Source of the DNA: Candidatus Omnitrophota bacterium
Lineage (GTDB): Bacteria > Omnitrophota > Gorgyraeia > B26-G9
Length of the DNA: 64,000 nt
Assembly: GCA_043826565.1 (NCBI GenBank)
Contig: JBDRPX010000007.1
Coordinates: 9,412-73,411 of the forward strand
Direction of reading: 5' to 3'
This document shows positions 28,022-37,146 of the stretch, one piece after another. The notes below the pieces were generated by a model. It had not been told where the DNA came from and did not search any database. It was given only the letters and a program-made list of their open reading frames with translations. The translations under genes were made by a program, and so were the position numbers. Within the stretch, counting starts at the first letter, position 1. Every line of letters begins with the position of its first letter.

Positions 28022-28126
28022 ATGGGAGATAAAGGCCAGAAAGACAAGAATAAACACGATAAACAAGTAAACAAAGCAAAAAACATGAAAAACGAAGCAA
28101 AAAAGAAAAAACAAGAAAAAGCATAA
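28022..28126 (+). CDS. small Lys-rich peptide (34 aa) with AGGAGG SD
   Basis: MGDKGQKDKNKHDKQVNKAKNMKNEAKKKKQEKA. Confidence 0.3.
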   Translation: MGDKGQKDKNKHDKQVNKAKNMKNEAKKKKQEKA

Positions 28127-28170
28127 TAGTAGAAAAAATGTTGGTTTTGTTAATTGTTTAGTGAATAAAG

Positions 28171-28213
28171 ATTTAAACCCCTTGCGATAAAAGAAGTTGC
28201 AAGGGGTTTAAAT
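28171..28213 (+). terminator. 15-bp perfect hairpin (atttaaaccccttgc / gcaaggggtttaaat), possible terminator or protein-binding palindrome
   Basis: Seen directly in the sequence. Weak U-tract. Confidence 0.35.
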
Positions 28214-28273
28214 CTTTAGCGTTAAAATATATACAATTAATAACTCCAGCGTAGTTTAACTCTAACCTTAGAG

Positions 28274-29332
28274 ATGTTGATGGATAATATAAATAACGAT
28301 CCAATTAAGCCTAAGCGGCGTATTCGTTACAAAGGTACTCATCCCCGCCATTTTAATGAAAAATATAAAGAATTTAATTTTGAGAAATATACTTCAGATG
28401 TAGAGAAGGTTATTGGCGCGGGTAAAACCCCCGCCGGGACTCACCGTCCGATTTGTGTGAATGAAGTTTTAGATATTTTAAAACCAATACCCGGGGAAGT
28501 TGGTTTAGATGCGACTTTAGGTTTTGGCGGACATGCCCTTGAGCTGCTTAAAAAAATCACGCCTAATGGCCGGTTGTTTGCCTTAGATGTTGATCCGGTG
28601 GAGCTTGCGCGTACCGAAAAGCGTTTGCGCTCAATGGGTTTTAGCGATAAAGAATTAATCATTAAATCCAGTAATTTTGCGGGAATGTTTAAGTTCTTAG
28701 ATGAAGCCGGGGGAAGTTTTGATTTTATTCTAGCTGACCTTGGCGTATCCTCAATGCAATTAGATAACCCCGCGCGCGGGTTTACGTTTAAGCGCGAAGG
28801 TCCGTTGGATTTACGGCTTAACCCAGAGCGCGGCCAGCCGGCATCAGTACTGATAAGATCTTTAGATGAAGAACAGCTGGAGAAATTGTTTATCGAAAAC
28901 TCTGACGAGCCTTGCGCTCGGCCGATTGCCAAAGCAGTTTTTGAAAATAGAAATAAAATTAATACAACTACGGATTTAGCCAATGTTATTGCGGGTGGTT
29001 TGGGTGATAAATCATTGCGTGATTGCGGGGGTAAGGTAAAGGATTCTATCCGCAGAGTCTTTCAGGCGCTGCGTATTGAAGTTAATAATGAGTTTTCAGT
29101 GCTTGAACAATTCTTGAGGAATTTACCGTTTTGCTTAAAAGCAAAAGGCCGGGCGGCGATTTTGAGTTTTCATCCGGGTGAGGATAATCGGATTGTTGAT
29201 TTTTTTGAAAAAGGTTTAAGCAGTGGGGTATATGCAGATATTAGCCGCGAGCCCATACGTCCTGGCGCAAAAGAACAATCAGCTAATCCACGCTCTCAAA
29301 GCGCTAGGTTGCGCTGGGCAATAAAGAAATAA
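28274..29332 (+). CDS. RsmH/MraW-like SAM-dependent methyltransferase with N-terminal basic extension
   Basis: GLDATLGFGGHALELL, LFALDVDPVELA, ADLGVSSMQLDNPARGFTFKREGPLDLR match RsmH blocks. Not in a mraZ-ftsL context. Confidence 0.65.
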   Translation: MLMDNINNDPIKPKRRIRYKGTHPRHFNEKYKEFNFEKYTSDVEKVIGAGKTPAGTHRPICVNEVLDILKPIPGEVGLDATLGFGGHALELLKKITPNGRLFALDVDPVELARTEKRLRSMGFSDKELIIKSSNFAGMFKFLDEAGGSFDFILADLGVSSMQLDNPARGFTFKREGPLDLRLNPERGQPASVLIRSLDEEQLEKLFIENSDEPCARPIAKAVFENRNKINTTTDLANVIAGGLGDKSLRDCGGKVKDSIRRVFQALRIEVNNEFSVLEQFLRNLPFCLKAKGRAAILSFHPGEDNRIVDFFEKGLSSGVYADISREPIRPGAKEQSANPRSQSARLRWAIKK

Positions 29333-29443
29333 AGGAGATTCCCGCCTACTTTTAAAAATCGGTAGAATTCTTATTCCTATCTAATTATTAGTAATGCAGT
29401 ATAATATAACAAAAGCGGCGGGATAAAGGGGTGAAGTTTCTAG

Positions 29444-30163
29444 ATGATTATTACACAAAACATTACAAAGTATTTTGGCGGATTCCAGGCCTTAAAAGAT
29501 GTTTCCTTTACTATTAATAAAGGAGAGATCGTTGGTTTTCTGGGTCAGAATGGGGCCGGCAAAACTACGCTTATGCGTATTTTAACGTCTTATCTGCCGG
29601 CGACCTCAGGGGAGGTTATTATTGGCGGGAAAAACATGGCTAAAGATTCTTTAGATGTCCGCAAAAAAATAGGATATTTGCCGGAAACTCCGCCGCTTTA
29701 CCCTGATATGACGGTAAAAGATTACCTTTTATTTGCGGCACAGTTGAAAGATGTTCCTCCTAAGCGACAATCTTTTCAGTTAGATAAAGTTTTAGAAGAC
29801 TGTAATCTTAATGATGTTCAGGGTAAAACTATTGCGATTCTTTCTAAAGGCTACAAGCAAAGGGTGGGCATTGCCCAGGCCATAATTAATGACCCGGAAG
29901 TGTTGATTTTAGATGAGCCGACGATTGGGCTTGATCCGGTGCAGATTCTTCAGGTGCGCAATCTTATTAAAAGTTTGGAGCATAAAAGAACTGTAATTTT
30001 ATGCACACATATACTTTCTGAGATTCAACAGATTGCAAAGCGGGTTTTAATTATTAAATCCGGAGAAATCATTGTTGATGGGAGTTTAAAGGACCTTTTA
30101 AACGGCAAGGGGGCGAATCTCGAGGAGATATTCTTGAAGTTGCATTCCGCGCGGGAGGATTAA
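29444..30163 (+). CDS. ABC transporter ATP-binding protein (GldA-like)
   Basis: Walker A GQNGAGKTT, signature LSKGYKQRV, Walker B LILDEPT. Confidence 0.85.
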   Translation: MIITQNITKYFGGFQALKDVSFTINKGEIVGFLGQNGAGKTTLMRILTSYLPATSGEVIIGGKNMAKDSLDVRKKIGYLPETPPLYPDMTVKDYLLFAAQLKDVPPKRQSFQLDKVLEDCNLNDVQGKTIAILSKGYKQRVGIAQAIINDPEVLILDEPTIGLDPVQILQVRNLIKSLEHKRTVILCTHILSEIQQIAKRVLIIKSGEIIVDGSLKDLLNGKGANLEEIFLKLHSARED

Positions 30164-30168
30164 TAGTA

Positions 30169-30879
30169 ATGAGCAAGATTGTTGCGATCGCTAAAAAAGA
30201 ACTAAAAACATATTTTAAATCGCCAATTGCCTATATTGTGCTGATACTTACTATTTCTATCTTTAATATATTCTTTTTTCTGATTATTGATGAAAACAGA
30301 GAAGCCAGCTTGCGGGATGTATTTAAAGTTATGGAATTTTTGTTCATCTTTATTGTTCCGCTTTTAACTATGAAGATATTTGCCGAGGAGAAATCCCGCG
30401 GGACAATGGAATTTCTGATGACCACCCCCACAACAAATACAGCAATTGTCCTGGGTAAATATTTAGGCAGTTTAATATTTTTTACGCTTATTATCGGACT
30501 GACCTTGAGTTATTATTTTATTATTGAATTTTTTGGACAGCCCGGCCGCTTAACCATACTATCAGGATACTTGGGGGTTTGGCTGGAAGGGGCATTGTTT
30601 ATTGCTATTGGCATGTTGACTTCTTCCTGGACAAAGAATCAGATTATTGCGGCGATTAGTTCGTATGTGATTTTGTTTTTGCTGTTTTTCTCGATAACTT
30701 TTACAAAATATTTCAGTGGTAATGCGGAATCTTTAATTAGATATGTGGGCACTCAGAGCCATGCGGAGAATTTTATGGTGGGACTTGTGACCACTTCGGA
30801 TATGGTTTATTACTTAAGCGGGATATTTATTTGTATTATACTTACCAGAATAAGTATTGAAAATCGATTATGGCGATAA
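30169..30879 (+). CDS. ABC-2 type permease (GldF-like)
   Basis: 6 TM segments. Adjacent to the ATPase. Confidence 0.7.
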   Translation: MSKIVAIAKKELKTYFKSPIAYIVLILTISIFNIFFFLIIDENREASLRDVFKVMEFLFIFIVPLLTMKIFAEEKSRGTMEFLMTTPTTNTAIVLGKYLGSLIFFTLIIGLTLSYYFIIEFFGQPGRLTILSGYLGVWLEGALFIAIGMLTSSWTKNQIIAAISSYVILFLLFFSITFTKYFSGNAESLIRYVGTQSHAENFMVGLVTTSDMVYYLSGIFICIILTRISIENRLWR

Positions 30880-32465
30880 ATAAAGAATATAAAAATCTTT
30901 GGGCACTGTTTGGCGCAGGGGCTGTTTGTCTTGGGTATGGCCTGGGACTTTCCTATATAGAGGATTGCTTCAGTAAGCTGACGATGATCGCCTCTTTAGC
31001 CGGTTTAGTTTGTCTTGGGGTTTGTTTTTTTAAATTAAAAAAACAAATGCATCGGCCGGTGAAATCTTTTTCCTGGCGAAAATGTGCTTTTAAAACGATT
31101 ATTATCGTCACCTTCCTGATTTTTGTTGTGGGGATCAACTATTTAAGTTATCGCAATAATTTGCGTTGGGATGTAACTAAATTCAAACAGCATACCTTAA
31201 CCGCAGGGACAATCGCTTTAATTAAAGAGATCAAGCCGGAAGTTAAAATCGTAGTTTTTTATGTGGGAATGCCGCCAAAATATCTGGAAGATCTTTTAAA
31301 AGGCTATGAAAGACAATCGCGGGGAATGATTAAAGGCGAAATTATTGATCCAATTGTGCAGATTGGTTACGCCGCGCAGTTTGGTAATGTTATAAGCGGA
31401 AATGAGAAAAAAGCTATTGTATCCTCGGGGCAGGAACGGCAGGATATTGATTTCACAGAACAACCTTTAAGTGAGGAACGATTAACGAACGCGATTATTG
31501 GCGTGACCCGGGAGAAACGGAAGGTTTTCTTTGTCGCCGGTCATGGAGAATATGATATTTTTGATAATGGAGATAAAGGATTAAGTGTTCTGAGGAAATT
31601 ATTAGAAGCTAATAATGTAGAAACAAATAAACTAATGCTGGGGATAAAAGGCGAGATCCCGGATGATTGTGATGTTCTTATTATTGCCGGCCCGCAAAAT
31701 CCCCTGACTGAAAAAGAAGAAGAGATCCTAAATGCCTATTTGGATAAAGGCGGAGATGCTTTGTTTTTAATTGAAAACATGCCTTTGACTACGCCGGATA
31801 AGCCGCTTACAGAAGAAGAAAAACGCAAAAATCCAACTTTAAACAGCATTTTTAGTAATTGGGGAGTAGAGATAGGTGATGATCTTGTGGTTGATTTGAG
31901 TAATCATATAAGCACAGATGTCGGTTGTCCGGCTACGCGTTATTATTTGCCGTATCCGGCAATTGTCAAAGGCCTGGATTATACTTTTTATGTACGGCCT
32001 CGTTCAATCTCAACTTTAAAGAATCGGCGTGAATCAATCAAATTAGGCCCGTTGGTTTTAACGTCCAGGGATGGAAACAGCTGGGGGGAGACAGACAGAA
32101 CACTGAATGTAAAGTTTGATGAGGGCGTGGATACTCCCGGCCCGGTGGCGATCGCTTTTATAGTTGTGGAGCCTAAAATAGAAAACAAATCTTCGGATAC
32201 AAGAATAATTATTTTCACAGATACAGATTTTTTATCTAATGCTTTTATCGGGCAATACAGCAACGGGGCAATGGGACTTAATGTTATCACCTGGATTTCG
32301 GAATTGGGTTACCAAGCTTTTGTTGACCAGAAGGAAATTAAAGTCGAACGGCTGGATTTAACTAGTAAACAAAAACGCATGGTTACGGTTATCCTTTTTT
32401 TGATGCCTGTTCTGATTGCTATAAGCGGTATAATGGTATGGGTTGGACAAAAGAATCGTATTTAA
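30870..32465 (+). CDS. GldG-like ABC transporter auxiliary component
   Basis: N- and C-terminal TM anchors with a large periplasmic domain. Operon position after the ABC-2 ATPase and permease. Confidence 0.65.
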   Translation: MAINKEYKNLWALFGAGAVCLGYGLGLSYIEDCFSKLTMIASLAGLVCLGVCFFKLKKQMHRPVKSFSWRKCAFKTIIIVTFLIFVVGINYLSYRNNLRWDVTKFKQHTLTAGTIALIKEIKPEVKIVVFYVGMPPKYLEDLLKGYERQSRGMIKGEIIDPIVQIGYAAQFGNVISGNEKKAIVSSGQERQDIDFTEQPLSEERLTNAIIGVTREKRKVFFVAGHGEYDIFDNGDKGLSVLRKLLEANNVETNKLMLGIKGEIPDDCDVLIIAGPQNPLTEKEEEILNAYLDKGGDALFLIENMPLTTPDKPLTEEEKRKNPTLNSIFSNWGVEIGDDLVVDLSNHISTDVGCPATRYYLPYPAIVKGLDYTFYVRPRSISTLKNRRESIKLGPLVLTSRDGNSWGETDRTLNVKFDEGVDTPGPVAIAFIVVEPKIENKSSDTRIIIFTDTDFLSNAFIGQYSNGAMGLNVITWISELGYQAFVDQKEIKVERLDLTSKQKRMVTVILFLMPVLIAISGIMVWVGQKNRI

Positions 32466-32644
32466 TAAAAAAGGGGTGTCGGATATCCATAATTAAAAAA
32501 TTTAAGGAATTTGCCGGAAACTCCGCCGCGCCATTACTAAATAGATTAATGAGGGGGGGTGTGTAAATATGTCATGCGGAGCTAAAAAATGCGGAGCAAA
32601 GAAAAAAACAGTGAAAAAAGCAGTTAAAGCAAAAAAGAAATAGT

Positions 32645-33685
32645 TTATTTCTTTTGGATAATCTTTTTTAACTCCTGGGCCAGCAGGGTGTGGCCGGCTT
32701 CATTTAAGTGGCAGTAATCAATGAAAAAAATGCAGGGGCTATACCCGCCGCTGGCTGCTTTTGTCTGTTTAAACAATAATTCATCAATATTCAAAATAAC
32801 CAAGTTGTCCAGATTCCTTAAATCCTTTTCAATGATGTCCTGCAGGTTTGGGCTGATCGTGTGGCGTTGTTTGATCCAGAGGCGTTCTGTTTCTTTGCGG
32901 ATCATTTCTCGGGAAAGCCCGTCTATATCTAAATTGTAACCGGATTCTTCCCGGATAAGATTCCTGGCGTGAAAATAATTTATGGGAGGGATAACATAGA
33001 TAAAGGAAACTTTTGGGTTAGCCCGGATTATTGTCTTTAGCTCGTATAGGCGCATGTGAAAAACAAAACTTTGCAGAAGGATATCGTATTTACTGAGAGT
33101 GTTCCAGTCTTGAGCCCCGTGGTCCATCAAACCGGCGGGAATGTGCGCATAAGGATCATAGGTGCCGATCTTATCGACAATAAAATTAAAAAAATTATGT
33201 AATATATAAGAAAGATCACTTATCCCGCAGAATAATTTGGGAATATAATATGCCAGAGTATAGGATAATCGATTGGGATGATGTTTTCGGTTTAATCGTT
33301 CCAAATACTCATTATTTCCGGAAAAAACAATACATGTTTGGATATTGTTTAACCGGAGCGTTTCATATAAATAGTAGTTTACTTCGGAAAGCGGGATGCC
33401 TACTCCGGATTTATTCAAAATATTATATCCCGGGAACATAACCGCTAATTGTTCGGAATATCTATCCGCGAGATTTTTCAGGCACAAACCCTGTGAAGCA
33501 GAACCTCCCGCGCAAAAAATATCTATTTTTTTATTAAATTTTTCCGGCTGGTCAAAGTGCATGAAAGAGATATCTCTTAAAACATAGAATTTTTTTCCGC
33601 GGCCGATTGTAAAACGTAACAGGATTTCACAGATAATAAGGATGATAACAAGTATAAAATATAGGCGTTTTATTTTAGGATTCAT
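32645..33685 (-). CDS. membrane-anchored SGNH/GDSL-family hydrolase
   Basis: Block I FCAGGSASQG and block V DYCHLNEAGH (DxxH). Confidence 0.55.
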   Translation of the reverse strand: MNPKIKRLYFILVIILIICEILLRFTIGRGKKFYVLRDISFMHFDQPEKFNKKIDIFCAGGSASQGLCLKNLADRYSEQLAVMFPGYNILNKSGVGIPLSEVNYYLYETLRLNNIQTCIVFSGNNEYLERLNRKHHPNRLSYTLAYYIPKLFCGISDLSYILHNFFNFIVDKIGTYDPYAHIPAGLMDHGAQDWNTLSKYDILLQSFVFHMRLYELKTIIRANPKVSFIYVIPPINYFHARNLIREESGYNLDIDGLSREMIRKETERLWIKQRHTISPNLQDIIEKDLRNLDNLVILNIDELLFKQTKAASGGYSPCIFFIDYCHLNEAGHTLLAQELKKIIQKK

Positions 33686-33901
33686 TTTTTGTTTCTTTTC
33701 CCTAATGCATTAAGACGGCAAACATTAGTATACTTTAAATCTGAATTTTGTCAATCTTCGCTGCTATTGTTCAAGGGGATTGACATATACGGCATAAAGG
33801 TATATCATATTAGCTAGAGTAAAGCAGTTGGATGTATATACTCAGATAGGTCAAGGATGGTCTGTTTATCCTTGGCCTTGTTTATTGTAAGGAGGTGTCC
33901 C

Positions 33902-34387
33902 ATGTTTAAAAAAAATGAATTAGTCATGCATCCTCGATATGGATTATGCAGTATCGCTGATTTTTTTTCCAACAAATATATTCTAAGGCCAAGGGCAAAA
34001 ACAATCGGAAGCCTGAAAATTTTTGTGGATCGGGAAAAGGTTGATTTAAACGGGATTCGATATCCTGTTTCGAAAAAAGGAATAACCCGAATTCTTAAGA
34101 TCCTGGGCAGTTCTCCCCGCGATATTTCCCGGGAAGCTAAGCACGGATATGCCGGGATTAAAGAAATAATGGGAGAAGGCCAGGCTTTTAAAGTTGCTGA
34201 AGTGGTGCGGGACCTTAGGTTTTTTAAAGGCGAGGGAAATTTTTCCGCAAGGATGAAAGCTGAGCTGCTGGAATCCGGCATCGGAATTCTTGTTTCGGAA
34301 ATTTCTCATGTAAAGGCAATCACTCAGCAGGAGGCGGTAGAATTAGTAGACAAAGCGCTTACACATTCTCTGCCGCATGCGAAGTAA
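33902..34387 (+). CDS. CarD/CdnL-family RNA-polymerase-binding transcription factor (tentative)
   Basis: N-terminus FKKNELVMHPRYGLCSIADF resembles the CarD_CdnL_TRCF domain. AAGGAGG SD 6 nt before ATG 33902. Confidence 0.45.
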   Translation: MFKKNELVMHPRYGLCSIADFFSNKYILRPRAKTIGSLKIFVDREKVDLNGIRYPVSKKGITRILKILGSSPRDISREAKHGYAGIKEIMGEGQAFKVAEVVRDLRFFKGEGNFSARMKAELLESGIGILVSEISHVKAITQQEAVELVDKALTHSLPHAK

Positions 34388-35315
34388 AATAAGGATCACG
34401 CAGGCTGTTTTTAAAAGCGTCCAGGCTTAGAGGAGATGAATTTACCCGCCAGTCTTTTTCCTTTATCGCGTTAAACCAGTAAAACGCGCCTATTTTTGTA
34501 TAAGCATTTTTAAGGCAGATAAACATATCCTGGATCCAGATGGATTTATTCCCTCCGAATTGGTTGTCTTTAGGCGTGGCGATTTCCGAGAGCATTATTT
34601 TTTTTTCGCCGAAAACTTCCGGATGGCCAGCTAAAATATGATAAATAGGATAAAATAAATCAGTAAAATTTTGATTATACGGCCATCCCGGCTTTCCGTC
34701 TTCTCCCCAGTTGTAACCATCGATGCCCAGCCAATCTACCTTGTCTTTTCCCGGGTAATAACTTTTCAGAGCATCAAGCCAGGCCGGATAATTCAAAGTT
34801 GACCAGACAAATTCCACATTATCCGCTTTTTCTTTTTTGAAAATTTCATGTACACGGTTCCAAGCCGGGACATATTTATCCGGCTGGTCCTGCCAGGGGT
34901 ACCATCCGGGGGTCTGCGGATTATTATCATGAATCATTTCATGGGCGAAGCGCAGCCGGATAGGATCTTTCCATCCGCGGCAATCCCGGGCAAATTTAGC
35001 AATATAAGCGTCGTGTTCTCCGGAAATAATACTGCTAAGGCTGTAGGAACTGTCATTAACCCCGCCTCTGCTCCAGGGTTCCCAGGTAATGTGCAGGTTT
35101 ATTCTGGTGTCATATCCGTCATGGTAGAGGACTTTTTTTAGATCAGCGGCGGGGAAATCTCCGTCGCTCCAGGCCCAGAAGAATAGTATGGATTTAAGAT
35201 GCCGGCCGATTAGCTGTTCATATGCGCGGATCTCCTCCGCGTTTGGCGGGCGTTGATTGGGATTAGCGACAAAAGCACCGATCTCACACTGGGTTGTTTT
35301 TATTGTTTTGTCCAT
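34359..35315 (-). CDS. GH26-like glycoside hydrolase (mannanase family)
   Basis: IRLRFAHEMIHDN (GH26 acid/base Glu region), WLGIDGYNW. Confidence 0.5.
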   Translation of the reverse strand: MDKTIKTTQCEIGAFVANPNQRPPNAEEIRAYEQLIGRHLKSILFFWAWSDGDFPAADLKKVLYHDGYDTRINLHITWEPWSRGGVNDSSYSLSSIISGEHDAYIAKFARDCRGWKDPIRLRFAHEMIHDNNPQTPGWYPWQDQPDKYVPAWNRVHEIFKKEKADNVEFVWSTLNYPAWLDALKSYYPGKDKVDWLGIDGYNWGEDGKPGWPYNQNFTDLFYPIYHILAGHPEVFGEKKIMLSEIATPKDNQFGGNKSIWIQDMFICLKNAYTKIGAFYWFNAIKEKDWRVNSSPLSLDAFKNSLRDPYFTSHAAENV

Positions 35316-35378
35316 ACTAGGATTTTAAATCTTTTCATGGCTTAAAGTCAAGAAAATCCGTGGTATAATACAAACATA

Positions 35379-36137
35379 ATGCAAAGATTAAAACTAGATG
35401 ATTTTGAAAGAAAACATTCACCGCTTAAGCTGTTGATCATATTAATAATGTCGATATTAATATGTGACTTAAGTGTAGGATGTTTATTCGTGGTCCTGCC
35501 CGCGGCAACTTCTTTAAAGAGAGTTTTTATCGAGTCATTTCTGCTGGTTGTCATATTATCGCCGGTGCTTTATCAGTTTATTTATCGGCCGCTGTCTATA
35601 CAGTTTGACAAATTAAAGAAGGCGGAAATAATCCAAAAAGAACTTGCTCTTATTGACGAGCTTACGGGATTATATAATCGAAGAGGTTTTCTGTCTTACG
35701 CAAACCATCGTTTGAAATTATCCAGCCGCACGCAGAAAGGGCTGATGCTTGTTTACGCGGACTTAGACGGCATGAAACAGATCAACGATCACTATGGGCA
35801 TGAGGATGGAGATAAAGCGCTTGAATGTATAGCAAAAGTACTTCAGCAGGCCTTCCGCAGTTCCGATGTTATTGGCCGAATCGGAGGCGATGAGTTCGCC
35901 ATTCTTTCTGTAGAGGCAAAAGCCGAAAGCGGGAATATCCTTCGTAAGCGGGTAAGGGAAAATCTCAAATTAGCCGTGCGTAATTCAGATTTTAAATATG
36001 CGCTTACAGTAAGCATCGGCATTCTATACTACGACCCGAAAAATCCTCAGACTATTGAAGAATTACTTAATAAAGCCGACGCGTTAATGTATGAAGAAAA
36101 GAGTTCTAAGGAGCATCCGTTTTATGGCAAAGCTTAA
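35379..36137 (+). CDS. membrane-anchored GGDEF diguanylate cyclase
   Basis: 2 TM segments, then RRGF...DLDGMKQINDHYGHEDGD...RIGGDEFAIL. Confidence 0.8.
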   Translation: MQRLKLDDFERKHSPLKLLIILIMSILICDLSVGCLFVVLPAATSLKRVFIESFLLVVILSPVLYQFIYRPLSIQFDKLKKAEIIQKELALIDELTGLYNRRGFLSYANHRLKLSSRTQKGLMLVYADLDGMKQINDHYGHEDGDKALECIAKVLQQAFRSSDVIGRIGGDEFAILSVEAKAESGNILRKRVRENLKLAVRNSDFKYALTVSIGILYYDPKNPQTIEELLNKADALMYEEKSSKEHPFYGKA

Positions 36138-36384
36138 ACTGGATCTGCACGAAATTTTTAATAAAGGCAAGTCAATTGACGCGGAACTTAACCGCGTGAT
36201 CAACGAAGCTGTGGATAAAGGCATAAAACTTGTGGAGATCATCCCGGGTAAAGGCAGCGGCCAGCTTAAAAAAAAAGTTCTGCGTTTCTTAGAACAAAAG
36301 CATATCAAAGCGCTTTACCATCGCATTGAAAAGGACAGTAAGAATTGGGGCCGGCTTTTTATTCATTTTAAAAAATCTATTTAA
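36124..36384 (+). CDS. Smr-domain protein
   Basis: KLDLHEI...VEIIPGKGSGQLKKKVLRFL matches the Smr core (LDLHG...IIHGKG.G.L). Confidence 0.6.
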   Translation: MAKLKLDLHEIFNKGKSIDAELNRVINEAVDKGIKLVEIIPGKGSGQLKKKVLRFLEQKHIKALYHRIEKDSKNWGRLFIHFKKSI

Positions 36385-36540
36385 ATTGACGAATGGTTAT
36401 TAGTGGGATACAATAGCTAGGCATAGATAAAAGCATAAACGGAAAATTGAATGTTGATAGTTGAGAATTGTGTAATGTCAGTTACAATAATCAATTATCT
36501 ATTATCAATATTCATTTTTTATTAAAAAAGGATGGTTGAA

Positions 36541-36873
36541 ATGGCAGAATTTAATTATAAACAAAACCGAACCAGAAGAACCTTCAAGCAGGAGGATTCT
36601 TCTCCGAGACACCAGGAAGAGACTGATGTCCCCGCGATGATTAAGAAAATGCAGCAGCAGCTGACTTTTTTAGAGAGGAAGATAGATATCCTGATCAGTC
36701 AGTCTTCATCAAGTCATTCCGCAAAACCTTTTTCCCGGCCGTTTTCCCGGCCTTCCCGCCCAGAGGGGAGTTCCGGACATTATGGGAGCAGAACACGCGA
36801 CGATAGCTCCCGGGAAAGAAGTTTTCATAAAGGGAAAAAGCCATTTCCTTCGAAAAGAACAGCGCGTTCTTAA
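36541..36873 (+). CDS. hypothetical low-complexity basic protein
   Basis: ORF with an SD-like AAAGGA. S/R/P-rich, no recognisable domain. Confidence 0.3.
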   Translation: MAEFNYKQNRTRRTFKQEDSSPRHQEETDVPAMIKKMQQQLTFLERKIDILISQSSSSHSAKPFSRPFSRPSRPEGSSGHYGSRTRDDSSRERSFHKGKKPFPSKRTARS

Positions 36874-36879
36874 GCAGAT

Positions 36880-37113
36880 AATTCAAAAGTTAGAACTCAA
36901 AATTCAAAAGTGCAATTAAAAACTCAAAAGTTTAATTGTTTTTTAATAAATTCATATTTATAAAAGCTAAGGATGCTATTGTTAAAACATATATTTTCAA
37001 TTTTTCTATCGAACACAAAAAAATGTCTAAAAATAGTTTCCCGGCCTGACGGGATCGACAACTTTTTAATTTTGCCTTGCAGTTTTGACTTTTGCATTTT
37101 GAGTTTTGATTTG
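36880..37113. repeat. MITE-like element: about 19-bp imperfect inverted repeats (aactcaaaattcaaaagtg at 36894-36912, gacttttgcattttgagtt at 37087-37105) flanking an AT-rich 170-bp core with TCAAAAGT direct sub-repeats
   Basis: Seen directly in the sequence. No ORF inside. Confidence 0.4.
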
Positions 37114-37146
37114 GCAGAGTGTATTTAGAATACAGGAGCATATTAT

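Noticed and set aside
32569-32643. 24-aa Cys/Lys-rich ORF MSCGAKKCGAKKK...
   Set aside because: SD spacing is long (12 nt) and the ORF is very short. Kept only as a mention under the mini-ORF finding.
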